Virus record (IMG/VR): IMGVR_UViG_3300025288_000090
Coordinates: 1 to 27,546 of that record
Strand: one strand, 5' to 3'
Origin: a virus
Taxonomy: Duplodnaviria; Caudoviricetes
DNA length: 27,546 nt
Positions 10,501 to 18,496 of the stretch are shown here, piece by piece. The position numbers and the translations under genes were made by a program. The notes beneath the pieces were generated by a model that was not told where the DNA came from, did no database searches, and saw only the letters and a program-made list of their open reading frames with translations. The number at the start of each line of letters is the position of its first letter. Position 1 is the first letter of the stretch.

Positions 10501-12585
10501 AAGCTGGCAGATGTGCATGACCCTATTCGTATGGGAATGGCAGACTCTGCTATGCACAGGACTGGTAGTTTGCAGTCTCCTACCATTGATATGACCTCTA
10601 AATTCCTATCAGACTTAATGCAAGGCTATGATTCCACGATTGATATGGGAATCGACAGACTAGTTAAGCTACAGTATGCTCCTATCACTGACCATCTGAA
10701 TGCCATGTCTTATATAGCTAAAGCTGGAGGAGGAGATAAGACTTCACATGGCGAGTTAGTCTATGCTAAACGCGCGGTTAAGGACGGTGGCTCTGTCGTT
10801 AGGAATATACTCTTGGGTAGAGATAGCCTAGGAGAACATGCTACATGGAAGGCGAGTCAAAACTGGGCGGAGGTTAAGTCTGATATTATCTTAACTAAAA
10901 TCTCCAGACTCTTTGAGCCTGCACTAGGAAAGAAAGGAGAGAAGTTCTCCGAGAAAGACTGGCTTAAGCTAAGCGATGAAATGGAGAAGCTAGGAATAGT
11001 TAATCCAGCACGTTCTTGGGAAATGGTTGACGGGCAACTTCATTATTATAAAGACTTACAAAGAGGCGCGACAGCCTTTGCTAATAGCTCTCATAGGACT
11101 GCACCAAGTACGGCTCGCAGTCTGGCTCTTATGTCTTCCCTTGCAGCTACCTCTGTTCTTAGAGTACTAGGCTTTGCTACAGGAGCAGTGAATGCAATGT
11201 CCCTTCCTATCCTGACCTCTGCTGCAATTAAACGCCAGCTTCCTAAAGAGTTCGCAGGGATGTCTCTGAATGGAGAGTTCAAATCTCCTGTAATGGAGAC
11301 CATTATAAATGGGGTTCGTCTAATGAATGACCCTGTAGCAGGAGCTTTTATTAAACAGGATGCTATACAAAGAGGTATTCTGAATTCTAACTGGAGGGAC
11401 TTGAATGATATTATAAAGCATGTAAGAACTTTAGACCCTTCTATTACTTCTAAGATAGAAGGGTACCTTGATAGTGCTCTTGTTGCTAAACTAAGTTCCT
11501 TCGCAGATGATAGTGAAGGCTTCGTTCGCACCCTGTCCTATTCTACGGGATATGCTATGGCAAAGAAAGCCTACCCAGGAATCTCTCACGAAGGGGCTAG
11601 TGTCTTTGCCTCTAGGTTCATGGACGAATCTGTTGGTAATTATAACGCCTCGCAGAAGGCAGCAGTCTTTAAGGGGGTATTCGGCGCAGCCTTGGGACTC
11701 TTTCAGACTTATGTTCATACAGCAGCGCAGCATACATATAGAGCTATAGGGAATAAGGATTGGGCGTCTCTGGTTGCTCTAGGAACTACCCAATCTGCTA
11801 TCTTTGGGGTAAGCTCCTTGCCCGGCTTCTCCTTAGTATCTGAAATGATAGGGAAGGAATTCTCTGATGACCATTATGACCTAGAGACAGGAACGTTTAG
11901 AGCCTTGAAAGACCCTGCTGCTTCAGTAGTCTTGTATGGATTACCCTCGCTAATAGGCGGCTTCTATACACGGGGTGATATTCAGCCTAGAGTACCCAAT
12001 CCTCTAGCCCTCTCTGATTCACTGGCTTTAATTGCTATTGCTAAGCAGGCTGGAGTAGCTGCATGGAATATAAGCAAGCAAGTCGGCGAGGGTACTAATG
12101 CTGGGACAGCTATCCTACAGGCTATCTCTCTCCAGTCTGTATCAAGACCTCTAGCTCGTATGAGTGAATTGGTAACAGGGGAATCTATTACGCAGAAATA
12201 TAATGTTGTAGATTCTAATACTTTAATGAAGGGGGGTGATATAGATACCCTAGGTATTCTCTCTAGGGCATTTGGGGTAAGACCTACTGAAGAAGTGAAG
12301 GCTCGAGAGGCTGAACATCTTAATTCTATGTATGGCTCTTTTGATTATGATAACAGGCAGGCTATTCTTCAAAAGATTAAGAGCAGGGCTCTAGATAATA
12401 GTCTAACTGAACTTTATATAGAGCAGGCAGGGGAAGAGTACTTCAGGCGGCACGGTACTCCTACCGGCTATAGGGCAGCTGTTAATGCTGCTCTTCTCCA
12501 ATCCTCGCAGGAAGGGACTACTACTGTATTAGACAGGCTCCGTCCTGATACACCCTTCAACCAAATGGTGAATGACTTAAACTAA
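7540..12585 (+). CDS. Large internal virion (ejection) protein
   Basis: About 1680 aa, Cys-free and helical, with several Gly/Ala-rich hydrophobic segments in the C-terminal third. Last gene of the structural arm. Start moved to ATG 7540 because TAAGGAG lies just upstream. Confidence 0.7.
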   Translation: MAENYDPLKSLASGYATQNLAAADSLSIPSTLLHGLVASTVDAGVSIFNSLPGTKGDAQTSDILSKIDKNALEVYNEHSDTIHSLSFVEGSFAPIGISSKIMTMLRDGSKAVNWFTEAGRVSRLAKVENLYKEGLAQSSALSSATSSYYLARGANAIADATAMEVATNLAMWEHPFMEDYRKDWGSNFLTNLALGGGILGIGNQIIARGEVAAVHVAEDSKLFGLRTSRVLPVAPDIPYGAQVVERSQNIARLESILVDAKDVTLPSFTLSPRIEEAVKGEIVLQKSAAQDAFNAMTSEDIQLLPIEEKNLLQGAIVKLNVTEADSISFYRIPEVVGTGKKGAVPIPLAEAAGIIPDKTAFSLAGEQFIPKSIAPKYTSIADTVTGSVESSLKTLAKESRAADYSVKAREEFAITSESLTGAALDREHAIAFLRMQKASIEDLGKIVISKGDFPLLKAVTSRARVLEAEGKDMSSLKITMAIPEVSQEVANNQLLRGKRLDRSYLSSVEKLRDELKTPKGQDSTIEAIKAKLEIMASPEGLVYLPKVTRVRKNGTATYLLDPSVSTKLHSLRVSDITDMAWRTDGTLEIKAPMGTDSIKLPKVTPVAASTAQVSFDELNQLQGFTSMATARDFQAIGYPPEYIAKYLGQDMKGLDRFTSEDSITAAMHSSNRLLELKSNRKKLENQQIKAQLNAAALNNIDASLLGYWTQASPSKLVRDIGVSLESKGRTTVVGLLKKALPEVMSSKIGSTFWQSSNFALDKMGAAGIYITELGKGVTAMQNSFKQSIVNPLSQVAADIARDDLARIEASTALNFLSSLTGKRLYHDGKFYTSNSLYKKPLDFDAVLSLDKSSRTAYLTTRNVDQELPFLEQKYFGADYAVISPKVGAFLESLQNTGRDLLHLHNANANILGRSTIEDSGFWVPPRNTVGKEVAYAFEKSTGRTSMFLADTDKELVQLTRDFHNSLPEGQKLDTDIIFKGQDQELFNKLADVHDPIRMGMADSAMHRTGSLQSPTIDMTSKFLSDLMQGYDSTIDMGIDRLVKLQYAPITDHLNAMSYIAKAGGGDKTSHGELVYAKRAVKDGGSVVRNILLGRDSLGEHATWKASQNWAEVKSDIILTKISRLFEPALGKKGEKFSEKDWLKLSDEMEKLGIVNPARSWEMVDGQLHYYKDLQRGATAFANSSHRTAPSTARSLALMSSLAATSVLRVLGFATGAVNAMSLPILTSAAIKRQLPKEFAGMSLNGEFKSPVMETIINGVRLMNDPVAGAFIKQDAIQRGILNSNWRDLNDIIKHVRTLDPSITSKIEGYLDSALVAKLSSFADDSEGFVRTLSYSTGYAMAKKAYPGISHEGASVFASRFMDESVGNYNASQKAAVFKGVFGAALGLFQTYVHTAAQHTYRAIGNKDWASLVALGTTQSAIFGVSSLPGFSLVSEMIGKEFSDDHYDLETGTFRALKDPAASVVLYGLPSLIGGFYTRGDIQPRVPNPLALSDSLALIAIAKQAGVAAWNISKQVGEGTNAGTAILQAISLQSVSRPLARMSELVTGESITQKYNVVDSNTLMKGGDIDTLGILSRAFGVRPTEEVKAREAEHLNSMYGSFDYDNRQAILQKIKSRALDNSLTELYIEQAGEEYFRRHGTPTGYRAAVNAALLQSSQEGTTTVLDRLRPDTPFNQMVNDLN

Positions 12586-12586
12586 G

Positions 12587-12632
12587 GCAAAAAGAATCCC
12601 CACCTTGATTAGAGGGTGGGGATTCTTATTAT
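12587..12632. terminator. Bidirectional intrinsic terminator between the convergent arms
   Basis: Perfect 13 bp stem AAGAATCCCCACC (12592-12604) / GGTGGGGATTCTT (12615-12627), with an A-run on the left and a T-rich tract on the right, between two convergent stop codons. Confidence 0.9.
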
Positions 12633-12754
12633 AACGAGCTTCTTATTCCAAGTACTACCAAATACAGGAATAAGAATATACCTGCTACTGCGAGGACAGT
12701 TTCTACCCACAGCCACAGCTCTCCTAGCTCTTTCTCTACGTCTTCTTGGTTCAT
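12629..12754 (-). CDS. Small single-TM membrane protein, 41 aa (not in the ORF track)
   Basis: Translated by hand: MNQEDVEKELGELWLWVETVLAVAGIFLFLYLVVLGIRSSL*. ATGA overlap with the upstream stop, GAGGGG RBS, ends at the terminator. Confidence 0.7.
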   Translation of the reverse strand: MNQEDVEKELGELWLWVETVLAVAGIFLFLYLVVLGIRSSL

Positions 12755-13299
12755 TCTATTCCCCTCTCTTTCCTATTTGCAATGAGTTTATTCATATGCC
12801 TAGCCTGAAAGATGGCATCATCTAGGGCATTGTGCTTTGTTCCTGCAATCTCCTCACCTTTAATTCCTTTATTCTCTGGAAGATTCTTATAGGTCCTGTA
12901 GCATCTTCCCCTATAGGCTGTCCAAGGAGGAGTTAGACCCACTGCTCTGTAGGCATAGCGCAAAATTGGCAGGTCGAAGTCTGCTCCATTACTCCAAATA
13001 AAGGCTTTTCCGTCCCTTGCATCCAATTCTGTCCTACTATACCAAAGGGCAAAGTCCATTAGAGCCCCCTTAATTGGCGTAATCCCGCTAAAAGCTTCCT
13101 CCTTTGCCTCCTTACTTTGCCTATTCCACCACACCATAGTATCAGGGTCTTCATGCAGTCCTAAGCTCGAACAGCTAGACCTACTGATTGTAGAATAGAA
13201 TTTATACTTCTCGTCAAAAGATACTGCACCAAGGGATATAATCCCGCACCCTGGCACAGTTCCCAGTGTTTCTAGGTCTATCATTATATTAAGGCTCAT
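12751..13299 (-). CDS. DEDDh 3'-5' exonuclease (Rv2179c/RNase AS-like family common in phages)
   Basis: MIDLETLG, WSNGADFDLPIL and HNALDDAIFQA motifs. Confidence 0.9.
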   Translation of the reverse strand: MSLNIMIDLETLGTVPGCGIISLGAVSFDEKYKFYSTISRSSCSSLGLHEDPDTMVWWNRQSKEAKEEAFSGITPIKGALMDFALWYSRTELDARDGKAFIWSNGADFDLPILRYAYRAVGLTPPWTAYRGRCYRTYKNLPENKGIKGEEIAGTKHNALDDAIFQARHMNKLIANRKERGIE

Positions 13300-13586
13300 C
13301 GAGGATTCTCCAGTTTGACTTCTGCTAGACTAAAAATGTGTGCATATAGGGCTTCTAGGAGTTCCGGCTTGGCTGTGGCATCGGCTACCCCTATACTTCC
13401 TCTAAGGTCTCCTGTCGTCCATATCTCTATGGAATCTACTAAGGAGTTATGCCGAGTTCCTGAAAACTTCATGTCCTTTAGTTCCTTTGCTGTCATGAAG
13501 TCTGGATGACTCGGTCTATTGAAGTCTTCCATCCCGTCAGTGACATTCTTCCCTTTTACAAGTATTCCTACATGGCTCTTTTCCAT
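13296..13586 (-). CDS. Hypothetical protein
   Basis: GAAGGAG RBS before ATG 13586 (a shorter start than the ORF track gives). ATGA coupling to the exonuclease. Confidence 0.65.
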   Translation of the reverse strand: MEKSHVGILVKGKNVTDGMEDFNRPSHPDFMTAKELKDMKFSGTRHNSLVDSIEIWTTGDLRGSIGVADATAKPELLEALYAHIFSLAEVKLENPR

Positions 13587-13587
13587 T

Positions 13588-13830
13588 CTATTCTCCTTCT
13601 TTAGTTGCCTCTTTGTTAAGGACTTCAATCAGTTTAGAGAGATAGTGCTCTGCTTTCTCTAAGTCCTGTATTCCATCTGCACGGCTTCCCTTCTTCCTAG
13701 CAAGGTATTTGATTACATTCCCCCTTAGGTAGCCTGTGAACTCTTCATAGGACATCCAGCTTTCCATAGCCTTCCAAGGCTGCACCCCTAATACCATATA
13801 GTGGTCGCCACCTATTTGCTTTCTATTCAT
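13588..13830 (-). CDS. DUF3310 family protein (SaV-like / T7 gp1.7 nucleotide kinase-related)
   Basis: QIGGDHY...GYLRGNVIKYLAR...K...DLEKAEHYL signature. AAGGAG RBS. Confidence 0.88.
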   Translation of the reverse strand: MNRKQIGGDHYMVLGVQPWKAMESWMSYEEFTGYLRGNVIKYLARKKGSRADGIQDLEKAEHYLSKLIEVLNKEATKEGE

Positions 13831-13841
13831 TTTACTTCTCC

Positions 13842-15065
13842 TTATATGAACTCATCACCTACTAGGATACTAGGTAGAATTAAATCCTCCTCCCAGTGCT
13901 TATCAATCAAGGTTTTCGGCATGTAGCCTTTCTTCCCTCCTATCTCTAATACTTGTACCTTCTCTGAGGTGATTAGATTCTTCATGATGTTTATTAAATC
14001 CTTTACGTCATTCAAGTCTTTGGATACCAGCTTCCATAATTCTGCGTGGCTAATAGGAAGGGAGCTTTTACCTAGAGTTTCTACAATGGTATTAGTTACA
14101 TCACTGTACTTGCTCTGCCCGAATTCTCCTAGTCCTTTTGGCATCTCCCGTTCGGCGCAGCTTAATACTGTGTTCGCAGATAGTGCATCCCTTGAGGTTA
14201 TTTCCATTCTTAAGTCTGCTAAGGCAAAGAGCATGGAAAGTTTTAGTAGATGAATAAATCTGCGTCCCATATAGTCTGCAAACCTAGCGTCTGGGATTCC
14301 TGGACAATTCTTATACATCCTATCGAATAGTTCTCTAGTCTCTTCTCCTATAATCATTTCTCCTTTCATGTCTGATTTGATTTGCTTTAATCTCTGTACC
14401 AGTTTATCAGCTTTACTGTCAGGGACTGGCGGAGGGAAGGTTATCTTGCGGGTAGTGGCATCGGCATGGATTAGCATAAGTCTGGATAGAATTCCAGTCC
14501 CTAAGGCTTCTGCTGGAATAGCCATGCCTAGCCCCTTCACTGTAGCCCCTCCTAGGATATTCACAGTGGGTCTTTGAATGATTACATCCTTTCCATGTAG
14601 TTTGGGGTGCTCGTATTTTGCGAGGCAGTCCCATAGATTAGTAAGAGCTGTAAGAAAGTCCATATCCCCTCGCCCAATGAAGTCTAGGAATTCTCCATTG
14701 GCTATAGTTATCTCTGAAGGAGAGTCTAGGACTAATGCTTCTATGTCCAGACCCTCCTCGTCGAAGTCTATAGTCCGTGCCATGTCCGAGAAGAATCTTT
14801 CTTTAGAAGTTCGGTCTTTAGCAAAGGCAGTATATCCTGATAGTCTCAAGACTTTCTTTGCTATACCTATGGCAGAACTCTTCCTACTACCAGGAACTCC
14901 TAGTAGTAAGATGTACTGGTTAGGATATATAGGACTATGCCCAAAGGGTATCCATACCTCTCGCCCTATGGTAGTAGCTAGTACGGAAAGAGCACACCAT
15001 CTATGAAAAGCAGTAGGAGCTTCAGACTCTCCTACATACTCAAAGTATTCCCTAAAGAAATCCAC
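13842..15065 (-). CDS. DUF3987 (YfjI-like) P-loop ATPase, probable replicative helicase
   Basis: SEAPTAFHRW N-terminus, Walker A variant GVPGSRKSS, LTNLWD, VNILGGAT, GILSRL arginine-finger-like motif, C-terminal wHTH-like region. Start placed at GTG 15065 after TAAGGT. Confidence 0.78.
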   Translation of the reverse strand: MDFFREYFEYVGESEAPTAFHRWCALSVLATTIGREVWIPFGHSPIYPNQYILLLGVPGSRKSSAIGIAKKVLRLSGYTAFAKDRTSKERFFSDMARTIDFDEEGLDIEALVLDSPSEITIANGEFLDFIGRGDMDFLTALTNLWDCLAKYEHPKLHGKDVIIQRPTVNILGGATVKGLGMAIPAEALGTGILSRLMLIHADATTRKITFPPPVPDSKADKLVQRLKQIKSDMKGEMIIGEETRELFDRMYKNCPGIPDARFADYMGRRFIHLLKLSMLFALADLRMEITSRDALSANTVLSCAEREMPKGLGEFGQSKYSDVTNTIVETLGKSSLPISHAELWKLVSKDLNDVKDLINIMKNLITSEKVQVLEIGGKKGYMPKTLIDKHWEEDLILPSILVGDEFI

Positions 15066-15084
15066 AATAGTTACCTTAATTATT

Positions 15085-15300
15085 CTACTTAGTAGGAATG
15101 GTAGGAGTAGAAAGGGCAGGAGTAAGAAGAGCAAAAAGCTTATCACAGACTGCCTTAATAGTTTTTAGTGACTTCTCCAGTCCCTCCTGTTCTGCTTCGC
15201 CTAATCCTGCCGCTAATTCTATACGGAGTGGGAGCAAGACTACCTGAACAGTTAGGGTGTCCTGTAGAGATTTAATTCTCTTCTTTCGTTCATCTTTCAT
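15085..15300 (-). CDS. Small helical protein, paralog array member 5 (most diverged)
   Basis: GAAGGGG RBS and ATGA overlap. Starts MKDE like member 2 and keeps the G.EE...LE...I...CD.L pattern. Confidence 0.7.
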   Translation of the reverse strand: MKDERKKRIKSLQDTLTVQVVLLPLRIELAAGLGEAEQEGLEKSLKTIKAVCDKLFALLTPALSTPTIPTK

Positions 15301-15494
15301 TCTGATTCCCCTTCTTGAATAAAGGGTTGAAGAAGGCTGTCACAGTATGCTATAGTAGCCTTAAGCAGCTCTTTCTGCCGCGTCTGCTCTGGTTCTTCTG
15401 CTCCTATAACTGCTATGTACCCAGTTAGTGTCCTCAGTTGATAGGACAGGTTTTCTTTTAAGGTTCTTGTTTGTTTCTCTGGGTTAGCATTCAT
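15297..15494 (-). CDS. Small helical protein, paralog array member 4
   Basis: AAGGGG RBS. GAEEPEQTRQKELLKATIAYCDSLL aligns with members 1 and 3. Confidence 0.75.
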   Translation of the reverse strand: MNANPEKQTRTLKENLSYQLRTLTGYIAVIGAEEPEQTRQKELLKATIAYCDSLLQPFIQEGESE

Positions 15495-15711
15495 TTTGAA
15501 TCCCCTTACTAAAAGGGGTGCCTTCGGACAGTTCTAAGAGAAGGTCGTAATTTGCGAGGATGGAGCTTAATAGCTTCTCCTGCCTTCGTCTCTCCTGTTC
15601 TTCCAGCCCTGCTACCCGTATATGGATTCTAAGTAGGTCTACCTTAGTGACTATTCTTCCTTGCAAGACCCTTCTTTGGTCTCTTAGTTCCTCTTTCAAG
15701 GTATAATTCAT
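15484..15711 (-). CDS. Small helical protein, paralog array member 3
   Basis: MNYTLKEELRDQ is nearly the same as member 1 MNYELEEELREQ, and DLLRIHI matches member 2 DLLRTHI. Confidence 0.78.
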   Translation of the reverse strand: MNYTLKEELRDQRRVLQGRIVTKVDLLRIHIRVAGLEEQERRRQEKLLSSILANYDLLLELSEGTPFSKGIQNEC

Positions 15712-15923
15712 TCTGATTCTCCTCCTTCTTCTATTGTGGATTCCCGTGTGACTAGCTCCAGAAGAGCTTCATAGTTATCTATAATCCCTTCCAGTAAGTC
15801 TCTATGCACTAACTGGTCTGTTTCGTGCATTCCGGTATTGCTTATATGGGTTCTAAGTAAGTCCTTCCTAATGGCTATACATCCTCTTAGTACCTGTATT
15901 GGATGCTTTAATTCATCTTTCAT
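15708..15923 (-). CDS. Small helical protein, paralog array member 2
   Basis: GAAGGGG RBS, ATGA overlaps at both ends, QVLRG..DLLRTHI...LLEGIIDNYEALLEL. Confidence 0.78.
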   Translation of the reverse strand: MKDELKHPIQVLRGCIAIRKDLLRTHISNTGMHETDQLVHRDLLEGIIDNYEALLELVTRESTIEEGGESE

Positions 15924-16129
15924 TTTGAATCCCCTTCCTTAAGTAGAATTTTATAGAAGATTTCACAGCTGGCTGCAATAGTTTCTAGAAGCTCTCTTTG
16001 CCTCTTCTGCCTAAGCTCTTCTGCCCAAGGGATTACTGTAAATAGAGAAAGCAACTCTACTTGGTCTTCCAGTCTTTCCCTTAATACTTGAGCCTGTTCT
16101 CTTAGTTCCTCTTCCAATTCGTAATTCAT
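15920..16129 (-). CDS. Small helical protein, paralog array member 1
   Basis: GAAGGAG RBS. EELREQAQVLRERL...AEELRQKRQRELLETIAASCE. Confidence 0.78.
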   Translation of the reverse strand: MNYELEEELREQAQVLRERLEDQVELLSLFTVIPWAEELRQKRQRELLETIAASCEIFYKILLKEGDSK

Positions 16130-16148
16130 TTTGATTCTCCTTCTTTGA

Positions 16149-16241
16149 TTAGTATATAATTATTAAGATAAGAGCTAACAGAAGTGCCCAAATTACTACA
16201 AGCAGCCCTGCCAGTATGGTAAAGATATTAGCTTGTGTCAT
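16149..16241 (-). CDS. Very small hydrophobic membrane peptide, 30 aa (not in the ORF track)
   Basis: Translated by hand: MTQANIFTILAGLLVVIWALLLALILIIIY*. ATG overlaps the polymerase TGA (ATGA) and the ORF fills the gap up to the next RBS. Confidence 0.55.
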   Translation of the reverse strand: MTQANIFTILAGLLVVIWALLLALILIIIY

Positions 16242-18496
16242 TTTTTCATAGTCCCCCAAGAATTGCCTTGTTTAAGTACAGTTGGAATTCTAAGTACCCT
16301 CCCATTAACTGATACCGTATTTTGCATTGCATCTACTACTTTATCTTTTAGGTCTTCCCTTCCTTTCCTATATTGGAATAATACAGAATCATGCACCTGT
16401 CCTAGTAGGACTAAGTCCCCGTTGCTTTCCTTCACCAGCTTCCAGACTTTCCATAGCCCGATGTTTAGAATACTTACAGAAAGATTCTGCGGGGCATGGG
16501 CTACAGCAGAATTAAATGCCATATGACTTTTAAGCATGTCTCCGAAGAACCAGCGAACATGCCCTAAGGGACTGGTTAGAGTTTTAGTTGCTACAATCTC
16601 ATTCTTTACTTCTTGATACCATACTCGAACCTTATTGAAAGGAACATGGTAGGCTTCTAGCAAGGACTGTGCAAACTCCTGGAGACTCTGTGGAGTCATT
16701 GCTAGGTGAACCCCCAGTCTATCTGCGGCTTCTAGGAGAGTCTCTGCCCCTACATTCTCCACAAAGGTCTTAGCCCCCATCATGTAGTTTGTTCCATGCA
16801 CAATCTTCTTTAACACATTATTACGGAAGTCCAGAGTTACCTCCTCATAGGGGATATTAAAGAACACGGTTCCTAGAGAAGTGTAGAAGTCCTTATTAGG
16901 GTCTTCTAGAGCTGCTGCTAGTACCCAGTCTTGGGCAAGATAGGCTGTGCACCTAGCCTCACTTTGACTATTATCTATCTCTGCCATAATGAATCCCTCG
17001 TCAGCCACCAGCATGGGCTTGGCATAAGGTGGGATATTCTGTACTTGCGTCCCACACCATAAGGATGATGACTGACAAGCCATTCTTCCTGTCTCTGCAC
17101 CAAAAGGGTTCAAGGCATATAGAAGTCTTCCATTCTTTTGCAGGAAGTCCATATAAGTAGAGATAGCTTTACTAGCTTCCCTATAAGAGACTATTGCCTT
17201 TACTACCCTTAGTAGGATTGGGTGCTGATTCCCTACGGAGAGCAGATTCTTTTCATCCGTAGCTCTAATCTTCTTTACTTTCTTCCCGTCAGAATTCTTC
17301 TTTGTTCCTATCTTAGGGTCAGCTCCACCCAGTACGTCATAGATATAGGTAGCAGTCTGTTTAGGAGAGCCTGGATTGTATCCGGGGTCAGCCAGTAGAG
17401 TTCTTAGAGTTACTAAAGAACCCTGCACCCTAGTTTCTTCTGCGAGCCTTAATTCTTTTCGCTTCTCTTGGTCTATCTTAATTCCTACAAAGTTACAGTA
17501 GAGGGAAGGATAGACCAGTTTGAATTGAGACTGATAGTTCTTCCTTGCATAAGCTGCAGAGTTGTGTAATAGGACTAGGCAAATCCGCGCGGTTGTCCAA
17601 GTATCTTTAGCATTGTATGCCCAGTATCTAGCTATATCCTTACTACCTGATGCAGCCTTAGCTTCAGGCTTCCATTGGTAATAGTCATGCAGTGTAAGGG
17701 ACGCAACAAAGTCGAGGGTTTTGGGAAGTTCTGAATAGGTTGCGTGCCACATCGCCATAGTATCTAGCACCCAGTTATAAGGCTCTGCATTATAGATAAT
17801 TGAGTGGGTAGAATCATACATCCCATTGTGCATAACCTTGGGGACTGGCAACTTGTTGATTCTCTGCATTAACTGAATTGCAGCAGCATATTGAGAATCT
17901 AATAGCCAGTGGTCTACTAGGAAGTCTACAAAAGGGAGCACGTAAGTCTTTAGGCTTCCATCTGGAAATACCCCTGTCCAAGAACAGCAAGTAATTATAG
18001 TATCCCCAGCCTTTAGATTAGCCTCGTCCTTGTTGATAGTCTTTGTCTCAATATCATAAGCAATAAGGTCGGCGTGGCTTAGACTTTCTTCTGCCTCTCT
18101 TTGTAATTCTGGAGTTTCTAGTACTGTGTAATTGAAAGGAACTGCTGGTTGCAATGTACGGAACTTTCCTAAGTCCTGCTCTGCTACCATCTTAGCATAA
18201 GGTACAGTGGCAAGGTTAGCGAGGGAATCCCCCACGATGATTGGGATAGAATAATCTAACTTAGAGCCTCGCCATTCATCTAATGTAGGACTGCTGCCAG
18301 GAACTAGATTGGCGAGGGTTTCTTCATTTACCATGAATACCCCTTTGCACTTAGCAACTTCTGCCATATTCATTAGTTGCCCTATGGATAGAACAGAACT
18401 TGTACCTATTACTTCAAAGCATAGTTGCTTGGCTACATGCTGTATCATCCCTAAGTAGGGCTGCTCTTTCTTCGACCAATTCAATAACAGTCTCAT
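16238..18496 (-). CDS. polA: Family A DNA polymerase with 3'-5' exonuclease domain
   Basis: Exo I IAYDIETK, Exo II HNGMYD, Exo III YNAKDT; ETGRMA, QVQNIP; motif A DNSQSEAR, motif B KKIVHGTNYMMG, motif C QVHDS. Confidence 0.96.
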   Translation of the reverse strand: MRLLLNWSKKEQPYLGMIQHVAKQLCFEVIGTSSVLSIGQLMNMAEVAKCKGVFMVNEETLANLVPGSSPTLDEWRGSKLDYSIPIIVGDSLANLATVPYAKMVAEQDLGKFRTLQPAVPFNYTVLETPELQREAEESLSHADLIAYDIETKTINKDEANLKAGDTIITCCSWTGVFPDGSLKTYVLPFVDFLVDHWLLDSQYAAAIQLMQRINKLPVPKVMHNGMYDSTHSIIYNAEPYNWVLDTMAMWHATYSELPKTLDFVASLTLHDYYQWKPEAKAASGSKDIARYWAYNAKDTWTTARICLVLLHNSAAYARKNYQSQFKLVYPSLYCNFVGIKIDQEKRKELRLAEETRVQGSLVTLRTLLADPGYNPGSPKQTATYIYDVLGGADPKIGTKKNSDGKKVKKIRATDEKNLLSVGNQHPILLRVVKAIVSYREASKAISTYMDFLQKNGRLLYALNPFGAETGRMACQSSSLWCGTQVQNIPPYAKPMLVADEGFIMAEIDNSQSEARCTAYLAQDWVLAAALEDPNKDFYTSLGTVFFNIPYEEVTLDFRNNVLKKIVHGTNYMMGAKTFVENVGAETLLEAADRLGVHLAMTPQSLQEFAQSLLEAYHVPFNKVRVWYQEVKNEIVATKTLTSPLGHVRWFFGDMLKSHMAFNSAVAHAPQNLSVSILNIGLWKVWKLVKESNGDLVLLGQVHDSVLFQYRKGREDLKDKVVDAMQNTVSVNGRVLRIPTVLKQGNSWGTMKK

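Noticed and set aside
7540-12585. Virion RNA polymerase (N4- or crAss-like) as the identity of the large protein
   Set aside because: No DxDGD or single-subunit RNAP motifs are recognisable, and it is much shorter than N4 vRNAP.
12616-12825. 69 aa + strand ORF after the ejection protein
   Set aside because: It starts inside the terminator stem and is antisense to two better supported - strand genes.
15066-15146. N-terminal membrane anchor (MISFLLFLLLPFLLLPFLL) on the DUF3987 protein
   Set aside because: It overlaps array member 5 in another frame and lacks an RBS; GTG 15065 has TAAGGT upstream and is the more plausible start.
13588-18496. Modified-base (for example dZ or dU) genome pathway suggested by the odd PolA and DUF3310
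   Set aside because: No PurZ, dATPase, dUTPase, thymidylate synthase or transferase gene is recognisable in this window; it cannot be excluded for the rest of the genome.
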